A DNA stretch of 48,837 nt from Candidatus Copromorpha sp. (lineage in GTDB: Bacteria; Bacillota; Clostridia; Peptostreptococcales; Anaerovoracaceae), in the NCBI GenBank assembly GCA_045114655.1, contig JBGUKV010000055.1, forward strand, positions 1 to 48,837. The letters are read 5' to 3'. The position numbers were made by a program, and so were the translations under genes. The notes beneath the pieces were generated by a model. It was not told where the DNA came from. It saw nothing but the letters and a program-made list of their open reading frames with translations, and did no database searches. Shown here piece by piece: positions 8,901-16,974 of this stretch. Each line of letters opens with the position of its first letter. Position 1 is the first letter of the stretch.

Positions 8901-10687
8901 CGGTCGTTTCCCAGTCCGAACGTATTGATCGCAATCGGGCTGCAGGCCAATTCGACTTGATTCTCATCGACCGGAGACGTCTTGAAAGGCGCCGCATGCA
9001 GATTTCCGCCGCTGATAATAAGATCGGTCGGATTATGGGTTGTATATAAACTGTTTTTGTAATTGACACCGCCGATTCTGCCGTTGCCGCCTCCTGCCAG
9101 AATCGTTCCGCCGCTGATCCGGATCGTTCCGCAGGACGCTTGCGCATTATCTGCATTGTATCCGCCAATCGCGACAGAGCTTTCCCCGCCTGTGGCATTG
9201 ATAATGCCGCCTGTGATCGTAATATTCTTGATGTATCCATATTGTCCGGCTCCGATGCCGGCACCGCTGGAGTAGCCGGCAGCTTTCACCTTCCCGCCGG
9301 TGATTGTGATGCTGCGCTTGCCGGGGACTTCTGTGTGGCTGTCATAATAAAACCGGTTCATCCAGCCGCCGATCCCGACACCGGGGGTTTGGTTTGGTTC
9401 CCCCGCAATGCATCCCCCGTAAGCTTCAACATTCGTTTCTACAGCAGGGTCATCCTGGCTGATCGTGATCTCACAATCACCGTATCTGGCGTAATCGTCT
9501 CCGCCTTCTATGTTGTCATGAGCAAATCCGCTGCCGATTCCGCTGGAGCCTCCGCGGGCCGTCACGGTTCCGCCCGTGATTTTGATTCCGATGGCGTTTC
9601 CATCTTCCCCGCCTCCAATTCCCGCGGCGCAGAAGGAACCTACTGCCTCAACCGTCCCCCCGTGGATCTGAATGTTCTCAACACTGCTCCCTGCGCCTCC
9701 ACCGATTCCTGCGCCGCCATAATGATAATCATCGTCTTTATCATTGATCGCATGCACCGTTCCTCCGTTGATTGTGATGTTATTGCAGTGCGACTGTGTG
9801 TTGGCAATCAGAACATCTCCCGAAGAAGTGCCGATTGCAGCAGAGGAACCGCAGCCCGAGATCGCTGCGACTTTAGCGTTATTGAAGGTGATGCCGTCGA
9901 CCTCTCCACCGAAGTCCGCGCCGATCCCCGGACCGCCGCCAAAGCTGCTGTTTTCTGATCCATAGGCTTCCACGATTCCCGCTTCAAACACGACGTTTCC
10001 GAACGTGTGATACTCGCCCACGGTCGAAAAACAACCGATGGCGCTCGTCTTGACAGCCTTTGCATCGGCATGGACTTCCATGGTTCCCGGGTCATCCGGA
10101 TTCTCAGTATCAAAGATGAGTTTCGACTTCGTCGAATCTTTCCTGATGCACGGCTCGCCGCCCTTCGCCCTGAAATAGTTGTCGGAACGGGGTGCTGACT
10201 TCAGTCTGACTGTGCCGCCATCACCCTGATCACGGATTTTGATTACCGACCGTCTGTCCGCCGGCAGCCCCGGGCAGTCTTTCGTTGCTATCATGCGCGT
10301 ATTGCTGAAAATAATTTCGATTTCGCCATTCGCGGGGGCGGAGATTTCCATCAGAGTCTTGGTGGACTCTCCGGTGACCATGTAGGTTCCCGGCTGCGAT
10401 GCGAGCAGCCATGTCGCTTTATTGTAATCTGAAATATTATACGTCTGACCGGGCTGCATGATCATTTTCTGCGCGCCGACAGTCGGGTCATCCTCATCCT
10501 CCAACCAAGGATCCGGCGCAGGATTTTCCACTTCGCCGTTTTCGCCCAGCCCCGCATAGACAATGCCTCCTGCAAAATCAGAAAAACCATGATGTGACAA
10601 AGGGCCGTTCCCCAATGCCCAGGCGCAGCAGATCGCCAGCGTTACCAACACACCTTTGATGATCAGTTGTCTACTCGCTTTTTTCAT
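5906..10687 (-). CDS. Large secreted/surface protein (1593 aa): Gly-rich beta-helix repeats, several InlB B-repeats (Flg_new-like), basic FN3-like + Ig-like C-terminus
   Basis: Signal peptide; repeats AGIGGG..ITGGTV.A; repeats Y.ANGG...GY.F.GW...LYA.W; Lys-rich terminal module; no LPXTG. Confidence 0.75.
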   Translation of the reverse strand: MKKASRQLIIKGVLVTLAICCAWALGNGPLSHHGFSDFAGGIVYAGLGENGEVENPAPDPWLEDEDDPTVGAQKMIMQPGQTYNISDYNKATWLLASQPGTYMVTGESTKTLMEISAPANGEIEIIFSNTRMIATKDCPGLPADRRSVIKIRDQGDGGTVRLKSAPRSDNYFRAKGGEPCIRKDSTKSKLIFDTENPDDPGTMEVHADAKAVKTSAIGCFSTVGEYHTFGNVVFEAGIVEAYGSENSSFGGGPGIGADFGGEVDGITFNNAKVAAISGCGSSAAIGTSSGDVLIANTQSHCNNITINGGTVHAINDKDDDYHYGGAGIGGGAGSSVENIQIHGGTVEAVGSFCAAGIGGGEDGNAIGIKITGGTVTARGGSSGIGSGFAHDNIEGGDDYARYGDCEITISQDDPAVETNVEAYGGCIAGEPNQTPGVGIGGWMNRFYYDSHTEVPGKRSITITGGKVKAAGYSSGAGIGAGQYGYIKNITITGGIINATGGESSVAIGGYNADNAQASCGTIRISGGTILAGGGNGRIGGVNYKNSLYTTHNPTDLIISGGNLHAAPFKTSPVDENQVELACSPIAINTFGLGNDRSKMHPIESFQSEWNGRTYEDYGLHDVYTFPTSVDTDPALYFWLPPNYTVRAVKTKDTLLDKGLDLQEADIRYFSGLNLSAMHDPDGTAVVYPQFYFLFDDNYNAKDLNVSNALVYIGDAEASSIINETKTVGEKTFTPEYYSVDPEGNYPLLDPDGTFRKGVATGETVWTDANGHLQMTGNESGSGDTQSRDDLKWYKYGIKLYAFWDEYELSYDGNKPPAASTQLSGSMDPEARQYDETITLPDCGYTLPGYAFRGWSVNPAAESGDKIYRPGDQVKGTDLSDERGGAVKLYAQWEPLRYVIELDSGDANQGARYQSAVFDEPGTLPLNNWSNTPFAFHGWTGDAFGSFYEDGAEFCNLCSLNADGGITGKKLTAEWVGEGVIAIAVTRDGRPVEGLKEKILFSDGAADYRLTLEYKRGSYVFNPSANLDGGSLPTGSYTVIIENSDYAELPEGKESFFYGNEGVSIVLEYNTVQVAKENDNVTEVFVAESETGESQTQMVVPDHKKLFLSASVKDRYHFTGYTVAPMVRPDYTAAGVAPVWGKDPAASKQTITVTGPVKLIAHGEPNTYTVQYNANRGNGSMGDQVMTYDQAARLSVNSFSRRGYVFRSWNTKPDGTGTGFDDHARINADNQNDLAPEKDGGKVTLYALWEPIPYGISYDLNGGRLPDGKDNPATYTAESGDITLVNPGKKDYDFTGWTGTGLQKPTKNVTIKRGSTGNRTYKANWKLKEFKVTFVTNGGSKVKTQTVKIHQTAQKPSNPKKKGCTFKGWFADKSLTKAFDFNAAIEKNTTVYAKWSAQSIPVLLAQGKPSGKTNIRISWNKVPGTAKYLVYAARCGSDVQRITVTSRTSFNVKKVIGKKGQKGQWKKLKPHRAYKFVVVAADKNGNVLAISKAFHVITTNTMNKYANIKTIKANKKTVTLKKGKTLKLGAKYTLPKGKKHINEGHGKYLRFTSDNPQVLSVSSNGTIKAKDTGKATIYIQDTCGKYCKTIVIVK

Positions 10688-10701
10688 GGATCCAGTCTCC
10701 T

Positions 10702-11859
10702 CTAAATAATCATGCTGCGAAATGCTTCTATCATTTTACCTGCATCTGTGATCTGGTTGATTTCCCGCCGCAGGGCCGGCGCGCCGCGCATGCCTTTGGT
10801 GTACCAGCCGACAAATTTACGGATCTCCTTGACGGCGATGTCTTCGCCCTTGTCCTCGCAGAGCATTTCCAGGTGGCGGATGAGCATGTCGATGCGCTCC
10901 TCCCGCGAGCGGGCAAAGGCGCCGCCGCCAGTCGAAGCAGAGCCGCCATCCCTTGGGACAGAAGCAGCATCGCCTAATGGCGATGGACTTCCGGGCTTCC
11001 ACCCGAGTTCATACAGCAGGCGTGCGTCCCGGAAGATCCACGGATTCCCGAGGGCGCCCCGGGCGATCATCACCCCGTCGCATCCGGTTTCCTCCATCAT
11101 CCGGATCGCATCCTCCCCGCTGCGCACATCACCGTTTCCGATGACCGGGATGCTGACGGCTTTCTTTACCTCCGCGATGACGTTCCAGTCGGCGGCACCT
11201 TCGTAGAACTGGTCTCTGGTCCTGCCGTGGACTGTGACCGCCGCCGCGCCGGCTGCTTCGATTGCCTTTGCGGCCTCGGCCGCTACATTATCTCCTCTTG
11301 CGAAGCCCATCCGGATCTTCGCGGTCACAGGCTTCGGCGCGGCGTCAGCATCGGAGGCCTCGCCGGCGCCCATCTGCGCGCCTGCCACCATAGCGGCGAC
11401 GCATTCGTAGAGTACGTCCAGCCGTTTCAGCAGGGCTGAACCCTCTCCGTTTCTGACGATCTTCGGCACGGGGCATCCGCAGTTCAGATCGAGAATCACA
11501 TTGTCGCAGGACGCCAGCTCACGGGCTGCTTCGTAGAGCACTTCCGGCTCGTCGCCGAACAGCTGGAAACCTGCGGCGCCCTTCACTGCCTGCATGCTGC
11601 GGATCTTCCCTGCCGGCTGCAAGCCATAGGTACGCAGCGCATCCATGGCGGCGGCTTCCTCGTCTGTTAGTTCCAGGAGCCTACGGCTTTTGCGGTCTCC
11701 GTATTTGAGGCCTTTGCCGCTGACCATTTCCGTAAATACAAGAGACGCCCCCTGCTCTTCGCAAAGGGCGCGCATTGACTTGTCTGTATACCCGGCGAGA
11801 GGCGCCAGGATAAACGGGTTTTCGAATTTGATTCCGCCGATTTGAAGTGTGCTCTTCAT
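10702..11859 (-). CDS. dusB: tRNA-dihydrouridine synthase DusB (with loop insertions)
   Basis: LAPLAG, TEMVS, QLFG, DLNCGCPVPK, GSALL, HGRT, GNGD, MIARGALGNPWIF; start trimmed to MKSTLQ. Confidence 0.9.
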   Translation of the reverse strand: MKSTLQIGGIKFENPFILAPLAGYTDKSMRALCEEQGASLVFTEMVSGKGLKYGDRKSRRLLELTDEEAAAMDALRTYGLQPAGKIRSMQAVKGAAGFQLFGDEPEVLYEAARELASCDNVILDLNCGCPVPKIVRNGEGSALLKRLDVLYECVAAMVAGAQMGAGEASDADAAPKPVTAKIRMGFARGDNVAAEAAKAIEAAGAAAVTVHGRTRDQFYEGAADWNVIAEVKKAVSIPVIGNGDVRSGEDAIRMMEETGCDGVMIARGALGNPWIFRDARLLYELGWKPGSPSPLGDAASVPRDGGSASTGGGAFARSREERIDMLIRHLEMLCEDKGEDIAVKEIRKFVGWYTKGMRGAPALRREINQITDAGKMIEAFRSMII

Positions 11860-11885
11860 TTGATTCTCAATGTGATTCCTAAGGG

Positions 11886-12746
11886 TTACAGTTTCCCCTC
11901 GTACAGCATGTGATCCTTCTCGATTTCTTCCTGGGTCGCCTGCTTGCGGCACTTCTTGTTCTTTCTGTAGATCAGCTCCAGTCCTTCGAGGGTCAGGAGT
12001 TTGTCGACGTAGTCGATGCAGTCCACGCCCTGGTCGATCATTGTGGACAGACCGCCGGTGGCGATGACTTTGATGTCCTCCTCGCGCACACCTTCAGAGA
12101 CGCAGTATTCCGCCAGTTCTTTTTTCATGCGGCGGACGATGAATTCAACGAGACCCATGTGTCCGTATACCAGTCCTGACTGCATGCTGTTGATGGTGTT
12201 TCTGCAGATTACATGACCCGGTTCTTCCAGTTCGACTTTCGGAAGTTTCGCCGTCTTTTCGAACAGCGCGTCAGATGAGATTTTCAGACCCGGTGCGATG
12301 GTGCCGCCGATATACTCCGCATTCGGGGTCAGTGCGCAGAAGGTCGTTGCCGTTCCAAGATCTATGATGATAAGCGGGCCGCCGTACTTGGCGTGGGCGG
12401 CGACAGCATTGACGATCCTGTCGGCGCCGACCTGCTTCGGATTATCGTATTTGACGATCAGGCCGGTCTTGATCCCCGGTCCGATGACGATCGCTCTCGT
12501 ATTGAAATACTTCTGAGAGAGATGCTGCAGTGTGTAGAGGATCGAAGGCACGACCGTCGCGATGATCACATCTTCGACCTCTGAAAAATCAAGATTTTCA
12601 TACTGGAAGAGCTGGTTGATGATCATGCCGTATTCATCGGCGCTCTTCCTGTTATCTGTTTCGAGTCTCCAGTTGGTGATCATCTCACCATCCTTGAAAA
12701 CTCCCAGTACAATGTTCGTGTTTCCTACATCAAAAGCAAGTAACAT
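11886..12746 (-). CDS. coaX: Type III pantothenate kinase
   Basis: DVGNTN, GADRI, DLGTATT, GG.IAPG, ATGG; RBS GGAGG. Confidence 0.93.
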   Translation of the reverse strand: MLLAFDVGNTNIVLGVFKDGEMITNWRLETDNRKSADEYGMIINQLFQYENLDFSEVEDVIIATVVPSILYTLQHLSQKYFNTRAIVIGPGIKTGLIVKYDNPKQVGADRIVNAVAAHAKYGGPLIIIDLGTATTFCALTPNAEYIGGTIAPGLKISSDALFEKTAKLPKVELEEPGHVICRNTINSMQSGLVYGHMGLVEFIVRRMKKELAEYCVSEGVREEDIKVIATGGLSTMIDQGVDCIDYVDKLLTLEGLELIYRKNKKCRKQATQEEIEKDHMLYEGKL

Positions 12747-12801
12747 ATTCTTTTCCTCCGCTTGACCGCTGCGCGCCACAAGTCGCAGTCGCTGTGCTGA
12801 A

Positions 12802-12873
12802 ATGTGTCAAAGGGTCGGTTCTTTTGGCACATTAGACACAGAATGTGCCAAAAGAACCGTCCCTTTGACACAT
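12802..12873. repeat. 32-bp inverted repeat (1 mismatch, 8-nt loop); REP/REPIN-like doublet, may also act as terminator
   Basis: ATGTGTCAAAGGGTCGGTTCTTTTGGCACATT-agacacag-AATGTGCCAAAAGAACCGTCCCTTTGACACAT. Confidence 0.85.
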
Positions 12874-12893
12874 CCTGTTTATATATCCTTAAT

Positions 12894-12908
12894 TCCAAAA
12901 TACTTTTA
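12894..12908. repeat. 15-bp inverted repeat, copy in the 3' UTR of the decarboxylase operon
   Basis: TCCAAAATACTTTTA; exact reverse complement at 15342-15356. Confidence 0.8.
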
Positions 12909-12909
12909 A

Positions 12910-13308
12910 TTATTTGAGTGTGATCAGAACGTCGCCTGAGTTTACGGATGAACCCTTGGCTGCTACGATCTTGTCTACTGTTCCAGCTGATGGGGCTGAA
13001 ATCTCGTTTTCCATCTTCATCGCTTCGAGGATGAGGACGACATCGCCGGCGTTGACTGCCTGGCCCTCTGAAACCTTGACGTCCAGAACAGTTCCCGGCA
13101 TCGGTGCTGTGATGCTTGCTGCGCCGCCTGCTGCCGGAGCTGCTGCTGGTGCAGGAGCCGGAGCCGGTGCTGCTGCAGGAGCCGGAGCCGGTGCTGCCGC
13201 AGGTGCAGGTGCTGGTGCTGCCGCGGCTGCCGGTGCAGGCGCTCCGCCCAGATCTTCTACTTCAACTGCATATGTCGTTCCGTTTACAGTGATGTTGTAC
13301 TTTTTCAT
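12910..13308 (-). CDS. mmdC: Biotin carboxyl carrier protein (gamma subunit of a Na+-translocating acyl-CoA decarboxylase)
   Basis: Ala/Pro linker, [14 protein letters not shown] biotinylation motif. Confidence 0.85.
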   Translation of the reverse strand: MKKYNITVNGTTYAVEVEDLGGAPAPAAAAAPAPAPAAAPAPAPAAAPAPAPAPAAAPAAGGAASITAPMPGTVLDVKVSEGQAVNAGDVVLILEAMKMENEISAPSAGTVDKIVAAKGSSVNSGDVLITLK

Positions 13309-13331
13309 TTTCTTAATTCCTTTCACTTAGA

Positions 13332-13754
13332 TTATCTTCTTCTGGTGTCGAGCCTGTCTTCCAGTCCGGATACACCCCAAGGTGTGTTGTCGCCTGAAAG
13401 TCTTGTGATCTTCTTTACAACCAGGTTGTTTGCGTTTGCTCCCTGATAGGCCGCAATAGCTGCTGCTATGACTGCTACCAGGCTATCATCGGATGCTTCC
13501 TCAACCGGAGCGGCCTTTGTCTCAACCGGTGCCGGTGCTGCCGCGGCAGGTGCCGGTTCAGGTTTCTTGCCGGTTCCCAGCGCCTTGCCCATGATCGCGA
13601 TGAAGACCCATATCAGAATCAGCACTGTGAATGTGATTCCCAGTCCCATGATCATCGTGATTGTGGAGGCAAGCATCTTTTCCCCGAATGACAGCGTATG
13701 CATCACGTCCGGATTCGAGAATATCTCCATTAAGGTCATGTTGCTTGTATCCAT
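13332..13754 (-). CDS. mmdD: OadG-family membrane subunit (delta)
   Basis: GLGITF.VL TM helix, Ala/Pro linker, LVAVIAAAIAAY, W..SG terminus. Confidence 0.8.
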   Translation of the reverse strand: MDTSNMTLMEIFSNPDVMHTLSFGEKMLASTITMIMGLGITFTVLILIWVFIAIMGKALGTGKKPEPAPAAAAPAPVETKAAPVEEASDDSLVAVIAAAIAAYQGANANNLVVKKITRLSGDNTPWGVSGLEDRLDTRRR

Positions 13755-13766
13755 GCTGTCACCTCC

Positions 13767-15323
13767 TTAGAGCGGAATGTCGCCGTGCTTCTTAGGCGGC
13801 AGTGTTTCCTTCTTGGTCTTCAGCATGTCAAAAGCACTGATGATTCTCTGACGTGCAGTCGCCGGTTCGATGACGTCGTCTACATAACCGAGGCCTGCTG
13901 CGTAGTACGGATTGTTGAACAGCTCTTCGTACTCGTCGATTCTCTGCTTTCTCAGTGCTTCACGTTCATCATCATCCTCGACCTGCTTGAGCTCAGCCTT
14001 GACGGAAGACATGATGTTTACTGCGCCCTCGGCTCCCATAACAGCGATCTGCGCTGACGGCCAAGCCAGTACCATGTCGGATCCCAATTCCTTGTTGCAC
14101 ATTGCGATGTAAGCGCCGCCGTATGCTTTTCTCAGGATCATCGTAACCTTAGGAACAGTTGCTTCGCAGTAAGCGTAGAGCAGCTTCGCTCCGTGTCTGA
14201 TGATGCCGCCGAATTCCTGGTTGGTTCCAGGCAGGAATCCCGGAACGTCTTCAACTGTAAGGATCGGAATATTGAATGCGTCGCATCTTCTGACGAATCT
14301 TGCGGACTTGTCTGATGCGTTGATGTCGAGGCATCCTGCGCCGACTGCCGGCTGGTTGGCGATAACGCCTACCGTGGATCCGCCCATTCTGATGAAGCAG
14401 GTGATGATGTTCTTCGCATACATCGCGTTTACATCAAAGATCTTTCCGTCATCTGCGATGCCTCTGATGATGTCGTACATGTCGTATGCCTTGTTCGGAT
14501 TGTCCGGAATGATCGTATTGAATTCCGGGATGAGTCTGTTGACGTCATCCGTGCAGGCATATGTCGGCGGCAGCTCCTTATTGTTGGAAGGCAGATAGGT
14601 GAGCAGCTCTCTGACCTGCATCAGTGTTTCCTCATCGTTCGCTCCCATGAAGTGCGCTACGCCGCTGACGGTGTTGTGTGTTCTCGCTCCGCCCAGCTGT
14701 TCTGATGTTACGATCTCGCCGGTTACGGTCTTGATTACATTCGGTCCCGTAATGAACATCTGTGATGTCTGGTCGACCATGAAAATGAAGTCTGTGATCG
14801 CCGGGGAATAAACTGCGCCGCCTGCGCATGGTCCCATGATTACAGAGATCTGCGGAATAACACCTGAAGAAATCGTGTTGTTGTGGAAGATCTTACCGAA
14901 TCCGGAAAGCGGCGCTACGCCCTCTTCGATTCTGGCTCCGCCTGAGTCCTGCAGACCCACGAACGGCGCTCCCATCTTCAGAGCCATTCCCTGTACTTTT
15001 ACGATCTTTTCGCCGTGGTACTCACCCAGTGACCCGCCGCCTACGGTGAAGTCCTGCGCAAACGCAAATACCAAACGGCCGTCGATCTGTCCGTAGCCTG
15101 TTACGACGCCGTCGCCCGGCATGTCCTTCTCAGGCATTCCGTAGAACGGGCATCTGTTCTTGACAAAGGTGTCCATCTCAACAAATGTGTCTTTGTCAAA
15201 AAGGATGTTCAGTCTCTCACGGGCAGTCAGTTTGCCTTTTTTGTGCTGTGACTCGATCCTCTTTTCTCCTCCGCCCTTATAAAGGTGTTCTTTCTTTTCG
15301 AGGAGTTTTTCAAGCTTGTTCAT
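13767..15323 (-). CDS. mmdA: Acyl-CoA carboxyltransferase (methylmalonyl-CoA decarboxylase alpha type)
   Basis: GKLTARER, GDGVVTGYG, QDFTV.GGSLG, DSGGARI, GPCAGGAVYSPA, DVPGFLPG, RKAYGGAY, KKHG.IPL. Confidence 0.85.
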   Translation of the reverse strand: MNKLEKLLEKKEHLYKGGGEKRIESQHKKGKLTARERLNILFDKDTFVEMDTFVKNRCPFYGMPEKDMPGDGVVTGYGQIDGRLVFAFAQDFTVGGGSLGEYHGEKIVKVQGMALKMGAPFVGLQDSGGARIEEGVAPLSGFGKIFHNNTISSGVIPQISVIMGPCAGGAVYSPAITDFIFMVDQTSQMFITGPNVIKTVTGEIVTSEQLGGARTHNTVSGVAHFMGANDEETLMQVRELLTYLPSNNKELPPTYACTDDVNRLIPEFNTIIPDNPNKAYDMYDIIRGIADDGKIFDVNAMYAKNIITCFIRMGGSTVGVIANQPAVGAGCLDINASDKSARFVRRCDAFNIPILTVEDVPGFLPGTNQEFGGIIRHGAKLLYAYCEATVPKVTMILRKAYGGAYIAMCNKELGSDMVLAWPSAQIAVMGAEGAVNIMSSVKAELKQVEDDDEREALRKQRIDEYEELFNNPYYAAGLGYVDDVIEPATARQRIISAFDMLKTKKETLPPKKHGDIPL

Positions 15324-15341
15324 TTGGTTACTTCCTCCTAA

Positions 15342-15356
15342 TAAAAGTATTTTGGA
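15342..15356. repeat. 15-bp inverted repeat, copy in the 5' UTR next to the mmdA RBS
   Basis: TAAAAGTATTTTGGA; reverse complement of 12894-12908. Confidence 0.8.
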
Positions 15357-15359
15357 TAT

Positions 15360-15419
15360 TGGTATTCATCACGAGTTACCACCCGCATCGTAAAACAGAT
15401 GCCAAGCGACAACATACCA
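15360..15419 (-). ncRNA. Structured cis-regulatory leader; candidate Na+ (DUF1646-motif) riboswitch aptamer
   Basis: Minus strand: P1 UGGUAU-g-UUGUCGC / GUGAUGA-AUACCA, junction UUG, P2 GCAUC/GAUGC, junction GGGUGGUAACUC; begins at the predicted +1; upstream of a Na+-pump decarboxylase. Family match is from memory only. Confidence 0.45.
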
Positions 15420-15424
15420 CCAAT

Positions 15425-15453
15425 ACTATATCCCAACACCCCTTTGATTTCAA
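15425..15453 (-). promoter_or_regulatory. sigma-A promoter of the mmd operon (TTGAAA-N17-TATAGT)
   Basis: -35 at 15448-15453, -10 at 15425-15430 on the minus strand. Confidence 0.65.
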
Positions 15454-15507
15454 CCAAAAAAAGCTGAAAAAAGCTTTGTATACATTATATTTCCTGATGA
15501 ATGTGTC

Positions 15508-15536
15508 AAAAAAAGAGCTGCCGTCGGCAGCTCTTT
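15508..15536 (-). terminator. Intrinsic terminator of glyA
   Basis: AAAGAGCTGCC-gac-GGCAGCTCTTT followed by further Ts on the minus strand. Confidence 0.85.
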
Positions 15537-15570
15537 GAAAGCTTATGATTTATGATGCTTTTGCATCTTT

Positions 15571-16824
15571 TTAATACGGGAAGTTCCTGTGGAGCGGATA
15601 CTTGTCCGTAAGGGTCTTGACGATGGCTCTGGCTTCTTCCATCTTGGCCTCGTCTTCGCCCTTGCAGTCGATGACGAGCGCGATGGCATCGGTCACTGCC
15701 TTGACGTCGTCTTCCTTGAATCCACGGCTGGTCATAGCCGGCGTGCCCATTCTCAGTCCGGATGTGATCATCGGCTTACGCGGGTCGTTCGGGATGGCGT
15801 TCTTGTTGGTTGTGATGTTCGCCTCATCCAAAAGTCTCTCAGCCTTCTTGCCGGAGATGTTCTTGTTGATCAGCTTGACAAGGATCAGGTGGTTGTCACT
15901 GCCGCCGGATACGAGTTCGAAACCGTGATCGTTCATGCCCTGCACCAGCGCCTGGCAGTTATCGATGACCTGCTGCTGGTAGACTTTGAAATCCGGCTGC
16001 ATCGCTTCATGCAGGCATACTGCCTTGGCAGCGATGATGTGCATGAGCGGTCCGCCCTGCAGTCCCGGGAAGATCGCGGAGTTGATGGCCTTCTTGAATT
16101 CTTCTTTGCAGAGGATCAGTCCGCCTCTCGGACCGCGCAGTGTCTTGTGCGTTGTTGTTGTAACGATGTCTGCATACGGAACCGGATTCTCGTGGAGTCC
16201 TGCGGCAACGAGTCCTGCGATGTGGGCCATGTCGACCATGAGAAGCGCGCCTACTTCGTCAGCAATCTCTCTGAACGTTTTGAAATCGATTGCTCTCGGA
16301 TAAGCGGAAGCGCCTGCAACGATGAGCTTCGGCTGATGCTCTTTGGCCTTTGCTCTGACGTCGTCGTAGTCGATCGTTTCGTCCTCGCCGAGCCCGTAAG
16401 CGACGAAGTTGTATGATTTACCTGAAATGTTGACCGGGGATCCATGGGAAAGATGTCCGCCGTTTGACAGGTCCATGCCCAGCACGGTGTCGCCGTAGTT
16501 CAGGACTGCCTGATAAACAGCCGTGTTGGCGTTGGCTCCGGAGTGCGCCTGCACGTTCGCGTGGTCTGCTCCGAAGAGCTTGCATGCTCTGTCGATTGCC
16601 AGCTGCTCTACCTCATCCACGAATTCGCATCCGCCGTAATATCTCTTGCCCGGATATCCTTCGGCATACTTGTTGGTCAGCGCGCTTCCCGCGGCTTCCA
16701 TGATCTCGTAGTTTACGAAATTCTCTGATGCGATCATCTCGATCTTCGTTTCCTGACGGTTGATCTCGCGTCTGATGGATGCAGCCACCTCAGGATCCGC
16801 TTTGTCCAGATAGTTGAAATACAT
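15571..16824 (-). CDS. glyA: Serine hydroxymethyltransferase
   Basis: [41 protein letters not shown] (PLP Lys), FPG.QGGP. Confidence 0.97.
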   Translation of the reverse strand: MYFNYLDKADPEVAASIRREINRQETKIEMIASENFVNYEIMEAAGSALTNKYAEGYPGKRYYGGCEFVDEVEQLAIDRACKLFGADHANVQAHSGANANTAVYQAVLNYGDTVLGMDLSNGGHLSHGSPVNISGKSYNFVAYGLGEDETIDYDDVRAKAKEHQPKLIVAGASAYPRAIDFKTFREIADEVGALLMVDMAHIAGLVAAGLHENPVPYADIVTTTTHKTLRGPRGGLILCKEEFKKAINSAIFPGLQGGPLMHIIAAKAVCLHEAMQPDFKVYQQQVIDNCQALVQGMNDHGFELVSGGSDNHLILVKLINKNISGKKAERLLDEANITTNKNAIPNDPRKPMITSGLRMGTPAMTSRGFKEDDVKAVTDAIALVIDCKGEDEAKMEEARAIVKTLTDKYPLHRNFPY

Positions 16825-16904
16825 AACCTCTCTCCTTCTTTTTATAAAACTAATAATTAGGTTCTTTATGCAAAGGCAGCAGATTCTTTCTGCCCACCTC
16901 CGTT

Positions 16905-16933
16905 ATTATACATAATCTGTCGTCCTTCAACAA
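16905..16933 (-). promoter_or_regulatory. Putative glyA promoter (TTGTTG-N17-TATAAT)
   Basis: Perfect -10 at 16905-16910; weak -35 at 16928-16933. Confidence 0.5.
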
Positions 16934-16974
16934 GCACCGCTTAGTCTGTCGGCTTAGCCCATTGGCTCAGCCCA

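Noticed and set aside
13130-13250. GC-rich tandem repeats in mmdC as a CRISPR or VNTR element
   Set aside because: They encode the normal Ala/Pro linker of biotin carrier subunits; no spacers
15484-15509. Perfect TTGACA and TATAAT on the minus strand upstream of mmdA
   Set aside because: Spacer is only 14 nt; a properly spaced promoter exists at 15425-15453
15553-16878. glyA 5'/3' UTR complementarity (TGCCTTTGCAT vs ATGCAAAAGCA) as a second end-pairing example
   Set aside because: Only 10 of 11 pairs, and the 3' copy is sequestered in a local GATGC-TTTT-GCATC hairpin; compatible with chance
16825-16904. Possible glycine or ZTP riboswitch upstream of glyA
   Set aside because: Leader is short and I could not find the conserved cores of either class
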